DNA of 64,000 nucleotides, taken from an uncultured Gammaproteobacteria bacterium (lineage in GTDB: Bacteria; Patescibacteriota; Microgenomatia; Woykebacterales; RBG-16-39-9b). The translations under genes and the position numbers were made by a program. The notes below the pieces were generated by a model. It was not told where the DNA came from, ran no database searches, and saw only the letters and a program-made list of their open reading frames with translations. Below, in pieces: positions 34,882 to 43,677 of this stretch. Position 1 is the first letter of the stretch. Each line of letters opens with the position of its first letter. The stretch lies in contig CAYHXX010000004.1 of the NCBI GenBank assembly GCA_964360785.1, positions 5,568-69,567 on the forward strand, written 5' to 3'.

Positions 34882-34918
34882 CGCCTCCGAACCGCATTGG
34901 ATCGGAGGCTTCTTTTTT
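34882..34918 (+). terminator. intrinsic terminator
   Basis: gcctccga/tcggaggc + ttctttttt. Confidence 0.65.
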
Positions 34919-34946
34919 GGTACAATTGAAGGTACTTAAAACAACC

Positions 34947-36404
34947 ATGCCCAGGTACTCAAGCCTCAAGCCTAATTTTCAAAAAGGATTCACGTTTTTG
35001 CACAGCGAAAAGGCAGAACGAGTGCTAAAATTGTTTTTGCAAAAAGCAAAAACCAGCACTGGATTTACACTTTCGGAGGTTCTGATAGCTTCTGCGATTA
35101 TCGCGATTATCGGTGTGTCCATAATGAGCACCGTCGCCCTTTTTCTCAAGTTTTCGGCTGATGCACGCGGGCAAATCCAAGCCCAAAATCTCGCTCATCA
35201 GAAAATCGAATTTATCCGCAACATGCCTTATGACGACGTAGCCACAGTAGCAGGGGCGATCTACCCACCGGGAAACATTCCGGATAATGAAGACATCACG
35301 GTCGACAATCAAGTTTATAAAGTTCAGACACTGATAAACTACGTTGATGACCCCTTTGATGGGGATGTTGGGGGGACAATAGTTGGAAAACCAGTGGATA
35401 TTTATCCCTATGACTACAAAAAGATCAGTATAAAAATTCGGGATAAGAATAATTCCAAAATATTGGCTCAGACTACAACAACAATGTCGGCCAAGGCTGC
35501 TGAAACTGCAACCAATACGGGAATTTTATCCTTGCGAGTGCAGAATTCCCAGGGGAATCCTGTAGCAGGAGCAGTTGTTAATGTTACCAACCCGACTCCA
35601 GTTCCGCCGGTCAATATCAATACATTTACTGATGTTTCCGGACTAGTTTTGATACCGTCGCTTCCACCAAGTTCAAACAATGAGTATCATGTTACGGTGA
35701 GTTTAAGTGGTTACAACAGCGACTCTACCAACCCAGCTTTTGCTCCCAACAACCTTAGCCCAGTGAAGCCAGACTTCAATATTCTAGCGCAGCAAATAAC
35801 GCCACTAACGTTGGAAATAGATCTTGTGGGTAGCATGCAAATAACCGCAAGAGATACTGCTGGAGCAGTCATGACTGGTCTAAACCTGAGCGTGAAAGGG
35901 GATAAATTGACTTATGCTTCTCCAGATACATACAAGTTTAGTCAAACTGCCGCAACTGACGGCAGTGGTGTGGTAAATTTGAGCAATCTCGAGTGGGATA
36001 GCTATAGTATCGCTGTGCCCAGTGGTTACTACATTGTTTCAAGTTCGCCTTATCAGAAAGTTAGCGTCAGTGCGGGTCAGGGTATCAATGTAAGTTTAGT
36101 GGTTACAAACAATAGTAACTATCCGACTGTAGCCAGCACCATGCCAAGTGCGGGAGTGAATAACTCGACCTTAGATTTCAACATTACCGGTACAAATCTA
36201 GTTTCGGGAACAACCGTGCTCTTGCGTCTGGCTGGGCAGCCTGATATCAGTGCAACCGGAGTTATTAGTGCCAGTGGAGATACAGAATTAACGGGCACAT
36301 TTGATTTAACCGGAAAACAATCAGGGATTTGGGATTTGATAGTTACAGATCCGAGTAGCCGGGTTGTGACGCAAACTGGCGGTTTTAGCATCAGCGCACC
36401 CTAA
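34947..36404 (+). CDS. type IV prepilin-like (PilV-like) protein with carboxypeptidase-regulatory-like and Ig-like domains
   Basis: GFTLSEVLIA N-methylation motif; E.IRN.PY; G.PV.GA.V...TD.SG. Confidence 0.85.
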   Translation: MPRYSSLKPNFQKGFTFLHSEKAERVLKLFLQKAKTSTGFTLSEVLIASAIIAIIGVSIMSTVALFLKFSADARGQIQAQNLAHQKIEFIRNMPYDDVATVAGAIYPPGNIPDNEDITVDNQVYKVQTLINYVDDPFDGDVGGTIVGKPVDIYPYDYKKISIKIRDKNNSKILAQTTTTMSAKAAETATNTGILSLRVQNSQGNPVAGAVVNVTNPTPVPPVNINTFTDVSGLVLIPSLPPSSNNEYHVTVSLSGYNSDSTNPAFAPNNLSPVKPDFNILAQQITPLTLEIDLVGSMQITARDTAGAVMTGLNLSVKGDKLTYASPDTYKFSQTAATDGSGVVNLSNLEWDSYSIAVPSGYYIVSSSPYQKVSVSAGQGINVSLVVTNNSNYPTVASTMPSAGVNNSTLDFNITGTNLVSGTTVLLRLAGQPDISATGVISASGDTELTGTFDLTGKQSGIWDLIVTDPSSRVVTQTGGFSISAP

Positions 36405-36406
36405 AT

Positions 36407-37186
36407 ATGACAAGTGCTAAGGAATACATAAGAGAAAACAGTCCCGTACAAGAGCGAGGTTTTACGTTTTTACCTCGCAAAAAGGCAGAGCCTTTGTTAA
36501 AATCTTCAAACAAGGGATTTACGTTTTCACGAAGTGAAAAGGCAGAGCCTTTGTTAAAATCTTCAAACAAGGGATTTACGTTTTCACGAAGTGAAAAGGC
36601 AGAGCCTTTGTTAAAATCTTCAAACAAAGGCTTTACCTTGATTGAAATTTTGGTTGCAATGGCAGCCGGATCAATTATCTTAATCGTAGTTGCTCAGTTA
36701 TTTGTCAACGGTTTATTGTACAATCTAATCGGTTTTAATAGCTTTAACTCCCAGGCTGATGCGATTGCGGTACTCAATCGGGTTGCAAAAGAAATTCGTC
36801 AGGGTCCAGCTGTTGTAGTTGCTAATGATCAAAGTATAACGATACTCGAGTATCTAAATATCACTGATGACGCTCCCTACCAAGTCCGTTTCTATCTCAA
36901 TGGTGCCAATTTTATTCGCGGGCAGATTCCACCAACGGGTTCAGGTCCGAGCTACACCTACAACCCCGCTAGTGAAACTTTTAAGACGCTTGGTACAGCT
37001 ATACAAAATGGGGCAACCCCCATATTTACCTATTATGATCAGTATGGAAATCAATTGAGTAGTCCAATTATTACTGGAAACATTACTTTAGTTAAAGTGA
37101 CGTTAAATTTTGGGGAGACAAAACTGCGGACGGCTTTCACCGCCACGACTCAAGCACAACTGCGATTTAAAAAAACTAATTTATGA
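36407..37186 (+). CDS. type IV prepilin-like (PilW-like) protein with repeated leader
   Basis: KGFTLIEILVA; KEIRQ; IFTYYD..G; three extra GFT repeats in the leader. Confidence 0.88.
   Translation: MTSAKEYIRENSPVQERGFTFLPRKKAEPLLKSSNKGFTFSRSEKAEPLLKSSNKGFTFSRSEKAEPLLKSSNKGFTLIEILVAMAAGSIILIVVAQLFVNGLLYNLIGFNSFNSQADAIAVLNRVAKEIRQGPAVVVANDQSITILEYLNITDDAPYQVRFYLNGANFIRGQIPPTGSGPSYTYNPASETFKTLGTAIQNGATPIFTYYDQYGNQLSSPIITGNITLVKVTLNFGETKLRTAFTATTQAQLRFKKTNL
36458..36628 (+). repeat. 3 x 57-bp in-frame tandem repeat (GFTFSRSEKAEPLLKSSNK)
   Basis: Units start at 36458, 36515 and 36572; each has internal hairpins. Confidence 0.92.
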
Positions 37187-38838
37187 TACTGACTAGGTTG
37201 TTAAAAAATACAAAACAAAGAGGATTTACGGGTTCCCGCAGGATAAAGGCAAAACCGTTGTTTGAAAATTCTAACAAAGGTTTTATCTTACTTGGTGCGG
37301 TTCTAATCTTGGCTGTAGTCACTGTGATGATCGCGGTAATATTTTCCTTAGTACTACTTTCACTTACCAAATCAGATCGTAACAGCCGCCAGATATCAGT
37401 ATTAGATATTTCTGAAGCAGGTATTAATTACTATCTTTGGCATCTTTCGCACAACTCAACTGATTATTGTGATGATACTGCTTGTCCGCCTGGGATCGGG
37501 CCTTTCGGTCCCTATGAACACAGCTTCACCAATAGCAGCGGTGAGGTGATTGGTACTTACACCCTTTGGATTGCACCGCCTGGTATAGCTGAAGGTGGAA
37601 AAGTCACTCTTTGTCATACGCCGCCTGATCCTGACCAAACTATTACAGTTGCCATTTCGGCTGTTCAAGCTCATCTTGATCATGGTGACACAATTGGAGA
37701 ATGTGGAGGTGGGGTTACTCCTGGAAGCAATGTGGTTACAGTTGAGTCTCGAGGCGATATAACCGGCGGCAATGAAAACCGTACCATAGTGGCAGAGCTT
37801 GGTATTCCGTCCTTTGCCAATTACTCAATTGTTGCTGATGATACAGTCAACCATTTGCGAATTGGGGCAGGCACAGAAACTTTTGGTCCAATCCACAACA
37901 ACGGCGGAGTACGGTTTGATGGGATAGCGCATGCAATTGTGACTAGTTCAATGGCTAGCTATGATGATCCGGATCACGATGATGTTGACTCACCGGAACA
38001 TGCCTGGCACTCAGATATTATTCAGGAAAGTGGCGTCCATACTCATCAAGCCGATCCAAATAGTGTTTTTCTCGCTGGGCGGCAATTTCCTGTCCCGCCA
38101 GTCAGTTTTTCAGCGATATCAACTGACCTACAGAACCTAAGGACCCTGGGACAAGTTGCTGGACAGGGTGTTTATTACGGCAGTTCGGGAAGTCTCGGCT
38201 ACCATATCGTACTTAAAACCAACGATACGTTTGCCATTTATCGTGTGACGGGAGTGGGCAACAACTGTAGTGGTGTACCAAGAGAAAACATTACCAACGA
38301 GGTGCTCATTACCAATAGGAATTTTCCTAGTAACGGTGTTATTTTTATCGAGGACAAACTTTGGCTTGATGGGAAAATAAATAGTGCTCAGCTTACCATT
38401 GCTGCGGCGAGGATCGGAGCTACGCCCGCCCAGGAAAAATCGGTGATTATCAACAATGATCTGGAGTATACGAATTACGATGGTTCCGACAAACTTGGTG
38501 TGGTAGCGCAGAAAAATGTAACAGTTGGTTATAATAGCGAGGGGGATTTTAGTGGTAGCTCTGATAACCAAGAGCTAAGGATTGATGCAGCCATGATTGC
38601 GCAGAATGGTCGAATTGGTCGAAATTACTATGGAGCTGGTTGTGGTGGAAACTACGTTCGCAACAACATAACAGTTTATGGCTCTCTTGCTACCCATTTT
38701 CGCTACGGTTTTGCGTATACAGATGGTACAGGCTATCAAAACCGAAATTTACTGTACGACCCTTATCTGACATTGGTACCACCGCCATTTTTTCCGACAA
38801 CTGGAAGTTATTCAATCCTTTCCTGGAAAGAGAAGTAG
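37183..38838 (+). CDS. PilX-like minor pilin/assembly protein
   Basis: KGFILL..TM, SEAGINY..W.L, GPIH.NGG, YDP.L...PPP.FP, SW.E terminus. Confidence 0.85.
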   Translation: MILTRLLKNTKQRGFTGSRRIKAKPLFENSNKGFILLGAVLILAVVTVMIAVIFSLVLLSLTKSDRNSRQISVLDISEAGINYYLWHLSHNSTDYCDDTACPPGIGPFGPYEHSFTNSSGEVIGTYTLWIAPPGIAEGGKVTLCHTPPDPDQTITVAISAVQAHLDHGDTIGECGGGVTPGSNVVTVESRGDITGGNENRTIVAELGIPSFANYSIVADDTVNHLRIGAGTETFGPIHNNGGVRFDGIAHAIVTSSMASYDDPDHDDVDSPEHAWHSDIIQESGVHTHQADPNSVFLAGRQFPVPPVSFSAISTDLQNLRTLGQVAGQGVYYGSSGSLGYHIVLKTNDTFAIYRVTGVGNNCSGVPRENITNEVLITNRNFPSNGVIFIEDKLWLDGKINSAQLTIAAARIGATPAQEKSVIINNDLEYTNYDGSDKLGVVAQKNVTVGYNSEGDFSGSSDNQELRIDAAMIAQNGRIGRNYYGAGCGGNYVRNNITVYGSLATHFRYGFAYTDGTGYQNRNLLYDPYLTLVPPPFFPTTGSYSILSWKEK

Positions 38839-38898
38839 GGAATTTACTTCTGCAAATTCTGTAGAATGATGATAAGATAAATAAAGTAAAAACTGCCT

Positions 38899-39444
38899 AT
38901 GCTAGTCTTGAAAAAAGCTAAAGATATAAACTTATTGCCCGAATCCGAAGCAGCCCAAGGTGTTACAAAAGCAGCACCGATATTACTCTTGTTTTTAGTG
39001 GTTCTTGTAGGTGTCGTTGTTGTATCACTGATAGTTACTTTTTTGAAATTTTCCACAGCAAGCGAAGGGCGGTCCTTGCAAGAAGACCTTGCAGTCAAGA
39101 ACCAAGAGTGGCAAAAAGTCGCTTCGAGTGCGGCGGGTTTGAGTCAAATTAAGAATAAGCTGACGTCCTACCAAAGTTTTAAGACCCAATACCCTTCGCT
39201 CAATCCATATATCGAGAAACTAAAAAGCCAGTTACCAAGTTCGGCCAGTCTCATGAGTCTGAGTATTGATAACAAAGGTAAAGCCAACTTTCAAGTAGAG
39301 ATGTCCAAGCCAGAGGACGGCTATCAACTAGTGGAAATTCTCAACAAAAACACAAATTTCTCTGGTGTGAGACTTGTGACTCTCAGTAAAAGCGGGCAGG
39401 ATGGGAAATATCTTATTAATATCGATCTGACAATCAGCAAATGA
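38899..39444 (+). CDS. PilN-like fimbrial assembly protein
   Basis: INLLP motif, TM, coiled coil, LP....L..L, F..V.L. Confidence 0.8.
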   Translation: MLVLKKAKDINLLPESEAAQGVTKAAPILLLFLVVLVGVVVVSLIVTFLKFSTASEGRSLQEDLAVKNQEWQKVASSAAGLSQIKNKLTSYQSFKTQYPSLNPYIEKLKSQLPSSASLMSLSIDNKGKANFQVEMSKPEDGYQLVEILNKNTNFSGVRLVTLSKSGQDGKYLINIDLTISK

Positions 39445-40211
39445 AAGAACTGCTTTCTTTAATAAAAAAACCAATTTTCGCTATACTTTTTGGATTTTTA
39501 TTTACGGCCCTGCTTTGTAGCCTTATGGTTTTTGGGCTTATTATGCCTGGTTTTAGTAGCTGGCAAGAAGGAACAAAAGCAAATAAAGATTTAGAAACAA
39601 AGGTGAGTAAGGTTTCACAGAACATAACCTTGGCAAAAGGGGTCAATGATTCTGAAAGAAAAAGCTACACTGAAGTTATGGATATTTTCTATCCTGTTGC
39701 AGCTGATTATTTACATTTTGCCACCTTGAACGAAAACTTAGCTGCGCAGATGGGTGTTAGTGTGACAAGTTTCACAAATGCCCAAACAAGTTCGAGTGCG
39801 GCCGCGGCCAAGGCGCCTTCAATCGGTCCGGCTGCTGGGAGTAGTTCTTCTTCAAGTTCGTCTGCAGCTAGTGTTGCGCCAGCAGCTACGCTGAGTTCAA
39901 TCTACGTGTCGGTTGCGTATAAAGGACAATTTGAATCCGTTGAGAGTTTTATTAGAAATTTAACAAAGCTAGATCGTTTGATTGGCCTCAGTACAATGGT
40001 GTTTACCAAAGTGGAAAATACAAATGAAATCACCGCCAATGCAACCTTCACACTTCCGCTTTCAGCAAAAAGTACCGCCGCAAGTACTAGTGAAGACATC
40101 CAGTTACTCTCCTTGGAGGACAAAAAGATACTAGAGGAAATCAAGTCGAAGATAGAGTTCTTTGCAAACCCGGCAGACACTCCAATCGGAAAAACCGATC
40201 CGTTCAACTAA
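39441..40211 (+). CDS. PilO-like assembly protein
   Basis: TM, coiled coil, G.F..V..FI..L.KL.RL; C-terminal GK.DPF. Confidence 0.8.
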   Translation: MKELLSLIKKPIFAILFGFLFTALLCSLMVFGLIMPGFSSWQEGTKANKDLETKVSKVSQNITLAKGVNDSERKSYTEVMDIFYPVAADYLHFATLNENLAAQMGVSVTSFTNAQTSSSAAAAKAPSIGPAAGSSSSSSSSAASVAPAATLSSIYVSVAYKGQFESVESFIRNLTKLDRLIGLSTMVFTKVENTNEITANATFTLPLSAKSTAASTSEDIQLLSLEDKKILEEIKSKIEFFANPADTPIGKTDPFN

Positions 40212-40328
40212 ACTTCTCTCCTACGAAATTGAAATTCTAGTGCCTCCTTGATTAGGTGAGTAAAGTGGGTTGCTTGTTTAGTTACAAAAATACGAGTTGC
40301 TGTATTATAAAAACCGGAGATAGCTAAT

Positions 40329-40991
40329 ATGGCAACAACAGACAAACAAAAACTATTTGTTGAAGAGCTAATTAAACCGGTTGGAATAACCGATAACCGA
40401 GTTTTAAAAGCATTTGCAAAAGTTCCCCGTGAGGAATTTGTTCCCGCGAAGTACCGCAGCCAAGCTTATCAGGATGGGCCTTTGCCAATTGGTGAGGGAC
40501 AGACCATCAGCCAGCCTTCACTCGTTGCATTGATGACACAGCTGTTGAATTTAAAAGGGGATGAGAAGGTGTTGGAAATTGGTACTGGTAGTGGCTATCA
40601 AGCCGCGATCCTTTCACAGCTGTCCAAAGAAGTTCACACTATCGAAAGGCTTTCAGAACTCTCCCAAACTGCACAAACTGTTTGCCAAAACTTGGGTTAC
40701 AAAAATATTCATTTCCACGTTGGTGATGGTTCGTTGGGGCTGACCAAAGAACAGCCTTTTGATGCGATTATTGTCACAGCCGGGGCTAAGGAAATCCCAC
40801 AACCATTGGTCGATCAATTAAAAATTGGTGGTCGGTTGGTGATACCTTCTGGTGAAACTTTAGTGAGTCAAAGCTTGAAAGTGGTTACCAGAACTAAAAA
40901 AGGAATAGAAATAAAAGAAATCGAACCGGTAGCGTTCGTGCCTTTGATCGGGAAACATGGTTGGAAAGACAACCTAAATAGTTTCATTTAG
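40329..40991 (+). CDS. pcm: protein-L-isoaspartate O-methyltransferase
   Basis: VPREEFV, AY.D.PLPIGEGQTISQP, VLEIGTGSGYQAA, PFDAIIVTA, FVPL. Confidence 0.96.
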   Translation: MATTDKQKLFVEELIKPVGITDNRVLKAFAKVPREEFVPAKYRSQAYQDGPLPIGEGQTISQPSLVALMTQLLNLKGDEKVLEIGTGSGYQAAILSQLSKEVHTIERLSELSQTAQTVCQNLGYKNIHFHVGDGSLGLTKEQPFDAIIVTAGAKEIPQPLVDQLKIGGRLVIPSGETLVSQSLKVVTRTKKGIEIKEIEPVAFVPLIGKHGWKDNLNSFI

Positions 40992-41054
40992 ATTTGATTT
41001 CAAATGCAGAAAAATATCTTGCATAACCCAAAATAGAAGGATTATAATCGGGTT

Positions 41055-41408
41055 ATGAAGCTAGCGGATTGGAAAAAACTTCTTATTCCACCAGTCGCGA
41101 TTTACGCTGTTATCTTCCTTTTTATTTCCGCCCTTATTGGCGCCAAAATCGACGCACATGGTCTCTGGGTTTGGATCGTCACCCTTGGAATTTCAATTGT
41201 TGGGCTATACATAGCTACCAATTACGTCAAGCCAAAATTTTGGCAGGACGGGCTAAGATACGGTTTTGTTTGGTTGGTAATCCTTGTTTTTCTTGATTTG
41301 ATTTTGACCGTTCCGTTCACAGGTATGGGATATTTCTCCGATTGGAGATCTTTTGTGCCTTACGTTCTCACCCTTGCTTTTCCCACAATTTTAGCTAAGA
41401 AGACTTAA
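41055..41408 (+). CDS. hypothetical four-TM membrane protein
   Basis: Hydrophobic ORF; TATAAT 6 nt upstream of ATG. Confidence 0.75.
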   Translation: MKLADWKKLLIPPVAIYAVIFLFISALIGAKIDAHGLWVWIVTLGISIVGLYIATNYVKPKFWQDGLRYGFVWLVILVFLDLILTVPFTGMGYFSDWRSFVPYVLTLAFPTILAKKT

Positions 41409-41493
41409 ATATCCCAACAATTTGAAGACCTAGAGTATAATGGCTGCAATAGCAGGAAGAATTCATCTGCTGAAAAGTTAGTGGGAGGGTGCG

Positions 41494-41736
41494 ATGCGAG
41501 TGGTTACCGCCGACTCTCTGAACACCCTTCGGGTTGGGCAGAGAGCCAGATACACTGGGATGGTGAGGCGAAGAGAGCTTACGGCGCTCGTTCGTGTCAA
41601 CGGGGTCTACAGCCGTCACGCGGGTTTGCGCATCGAAGTGATCAAGAAGCAGAAGCCGGCGCGCAGCTTCAAGATTGGAGATACCTTCACCATCGCTTTC
41701 GGCAAGCACGAGACGCTAGCGGTGGAGGACGACTAA
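41494..41736 (+). CDS. small basic hypothetical protein (array gene 1)
   Basis: GGGAGG RBS; promoter TATAAT near 41436. Confidence 0.6.
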   Translation: MRVVTADSLNTLRVGQRARYTGMVRRRELTALVRVNGVYSRHAGLRIEVIKKQKPARSFKIGDTFTIAFGKHETLAVEDD

Positions 41737-41774
41737 TCGGCAAGGAAGTAGCTGGCGAAAAGCCAGGAGGTGTT

Positions 41775-41963
41775 ATGCCCAGAATGATCATTGAAATCGA
41801 GTCGGAAGACGGGATCGCGATCGACGAGTTGGTTGCGGCGGCTGCCCTTTCTAAGTTGATCCTGGGTCTTGTTGATCCCGGGTCAATCCCCGCCGAACCC
41901 AAGCGTATTCCTGTTCCGTTTGGTCGGGGCCAGCTCTTTCTGAGCTGGACCTTCGAGGCTTAA
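41775..41963 (+). CDS. small hypothetical protein (array gene 2)
   Basis: Preceded by repeat motif 41748-41770 ending in GGAGG. Confidence 0.6.
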   Translation: MPRMIIEIESEDGIAIDELVAAAALSKLILGLVDPGSIPAEPKRIPVPFGRGQLFLSWTFEA

Positions 41964-42004
41964 CCACCAATACGCAGTTGGCGAAAAGCCAGGAGGAGAG
42001 AGTC

Positions 42005-42304
42005 GTGTACGTTAAAGTTGTCAAAGTCCCAGCGGGGGAGGCGCCTTTGCATGTTCGGCAAGCTTGGGTGGGGACTGTTTTCCAAGCTGTAGGACCCAGG
42101 GAGTATTGGGAAGAGGGGATTGTCACCGGAAAAGACAATCCTGCTCGCCTTGGCTACGCCGTACCTCAAGAGCTTGCGGTGGAAGCACTCGAGCGAAGGA
42201 ACCCAGCAGCGGCAGACTGGTTCCGAGAACATTTACGCTACCATTCCAACAACCTAATCTTCGGAGCGGACGAGGTCGTGGAAATCCACAACGAAGGAAT
42301 GTAG
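42005..42304 (+). CDS. hypothetical protein with P.GEAP..VR.AWVG motif (array gene 3)
   Basis: Preceded by repeat motif 41974-41996; GTG start. Confidence 0.7.
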   Translation: MYVKVVKVPAGEAPLHVRQAWVGTVFQAVGPREYWEEGIVTGKDNPARLGYAVPQELAVEALERRNPAAADWFREHLRYHSNNLIFGADEVVEIHNEGM

Positions 42305-42327
42305 CTGGCGAAGGCCAAGGAGGAGAC

Positions 42328-42684
42328 ATGCACAGTTACGGTATCGATCACGGTCCGGATGAGGTTGCCCAGCCGCAACCCATGTCGAACGGCTTCTACG
42401 TTGAGGTGTACAAGCTCAATGCTGTTCGTTTCAGCATAGCTCATCCCGCTCTCAACAATCGCCAAGCTCGGGTCGGTATCTTCGTAGTGATCGACGAAGT
42501 CACCCAGAGCTGGGGTGAAGACGGAAGAGGAGATCGAGGAATCGCCTTTACTGGCTACCTCAAGCCGGAAAAGGGTGATCAGTCTCTGCACTGGGTGAGG
42601 GGCGTTTACAGCTTCAGCCGTCACGGTGGTAGTATCGAGACGGAATCTGAGATCGAGCTCAGGATCGCTCCGGTCGCCGCCTGA
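42328..42684 (+). CDS. hypothetical protein (array gene 4)
   Basis: Preceded by repeat motif 42301-42323. Confidence 0.65.
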   Translation: MHSYGIDHGPDEVAQPQPMSNGFYVEVYKLNAVRFSIAHPALNNRQARVGIFVVIDEVTQSWGEDGRGDRGIAFTGYLKPEKGDQSLHWVRGVYSFSRHGGSIETESEIELRIAPVAA

Positions 42685-42698
42685 TCAAGAACATACCT

Positions 42699-42772
42699 AA
42701 CGCGAGAGTGGAGAGAAGATCAATTCCTGTCCACAAGGGTCGTCGCATCATGCACGACCCTTTCGCGTTTTA
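42699..42772 (+). terminator. branched hairpin/terminator closing the array
   Basis: aacgcgagag/ctttcgcgtt outer stem; aagggtcgt/acgaccctt inner stem. Confidence 0.55.
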
Positions 42773-42849
42773 ATTTTCAAAAAACTTGTCCCGATTGAAT
42801 CGGGATTTGCTTATCTTAGGTCCTGAAATTAAAATAAAAGAAAAAGCTC

Positions 42850-43197
42850 ATGACAGACATCATTGCGAAAAATCTTGAAACCTCTGAAAATTCACGAACC
42901 TTTCTGGATGGCAGTAAACGTACAGTTGTTATTTTAGAATCCGTTGCTATTGGTCGGGGAGAATATCTGCCGGGCTGGCAATGGTCGAAGCACGCTGGTG
43001 CGCAGACTGGAAAAGCTTCAGAATCTCACATTGGTTACATCATTTCCGGGAGTATGGTATCCAAAGGTTCTGATGGAGCAGAAGTTACCGTCGGACCAGG
43101 AGATGCTTTTGAAGTCCAACCTGGACATGATGCTTGGGTACTCGGAAATGAACCTTGCATCGCACTCGATTTTGAGCATTTAGGTAAGGAAAAGTAA
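42850..43197 (+). CDS. cupin domain protein
   Basis: PGW.WS.H, H.GY..SG, PGD...V.PGHDAWV.G.EP. Confidence 0.9.
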   Translation: MTDIIAKNLETSENSRTFLDGSKRTVVILESVAIGRGEYLPGWQWSKHAGAQTGKASESHIGYIISGSMVSKGSDGAEVTVGPGDAFEVQPGHDAWVLGNEPCIALDFEHLGKEK

Positions 43198-43222
43198 TTC
43201 CCCAACAAAAAACCCATAGTAC

Positions 43223-43251
43223 TTGACTTTTGAAGCTAAATATACTATAAT
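43223..43251 (+). promoter_or_regulatory. sigma70 promoter (module shared with 5103-5131)
   Basis: TTGACT-17 nt-TATAAT. Confidence 0.8.
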
Positions 43252-43286
43252 AATATCAATCAGGTGTAGCGTGAAAGGATAGCACC

Positions 43287-43487
43287 ATGATTGCGTTGTT
43301 CGTCATAATGGCGATTCCGTTCTGGTTTCTGGTGGTGATCCGAGTAGTTCTACTTACGATCCTCGCCATCTTCCTCATCGCCATCTTCATTACATTGTCC
43401 CAAATCGGGAGAAGTGGTGAGAATGGGATTACCGCAATGCAGAAGAGACTGAAGCGGGAGGCGAAAGAGAAGGAGGCGAAGAAGTAG
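43287..43487 (+). CDS. small membrane protein with basic tail
   Basis: AAGGA RBS; long hydrophobic stretch then K/R/E tail. Confidence 0.6.
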   Translation: MIALFVIMAIPFWFLVVIRVVLLTILAIFLIAIFITLSQIGRSGENGITAMQKRLKREAKEKEAKK

Positions 43488-43568
43488 GAGAATAGGTTAC
43501 ACGGATGGGAGCGGTCGGCGAAAGCCAGACTGAACCGTAGCGAACCACAAGTTTGCTCTCTTCCCGGC

Positions 43569-43633
43569 CCTTAAGAAAATCAGATTGGTTTGTTTAAGAA
43601 GAGAAACGACTCAGCAATGGGTCGTTTTTCTTT
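43569..43633 (+). terminator. conserved cassette 3' module/terminator
   Basis: Near copy of 10724-10792. Confidence 0.7.
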
Positions 43634-43677
43634 GGGAAAATTTGCTTATCTACGGAGGGAAAAGTTAAAATCAAAAT

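Noticed and set aside
36458-36628. CRISPR array
   Set aside because: Units are contiguous and near-identical with no unique spacers, lie in frame inside a pilin gene, and no cas genes are present.
41748-42323. Classical integron attC array
   Set aside because: Repeats are 23 nt, lack RYYYAAC/GTTRRRY ends, and no tyrosine integrase is in the window. Kept as a non-classical array finding.
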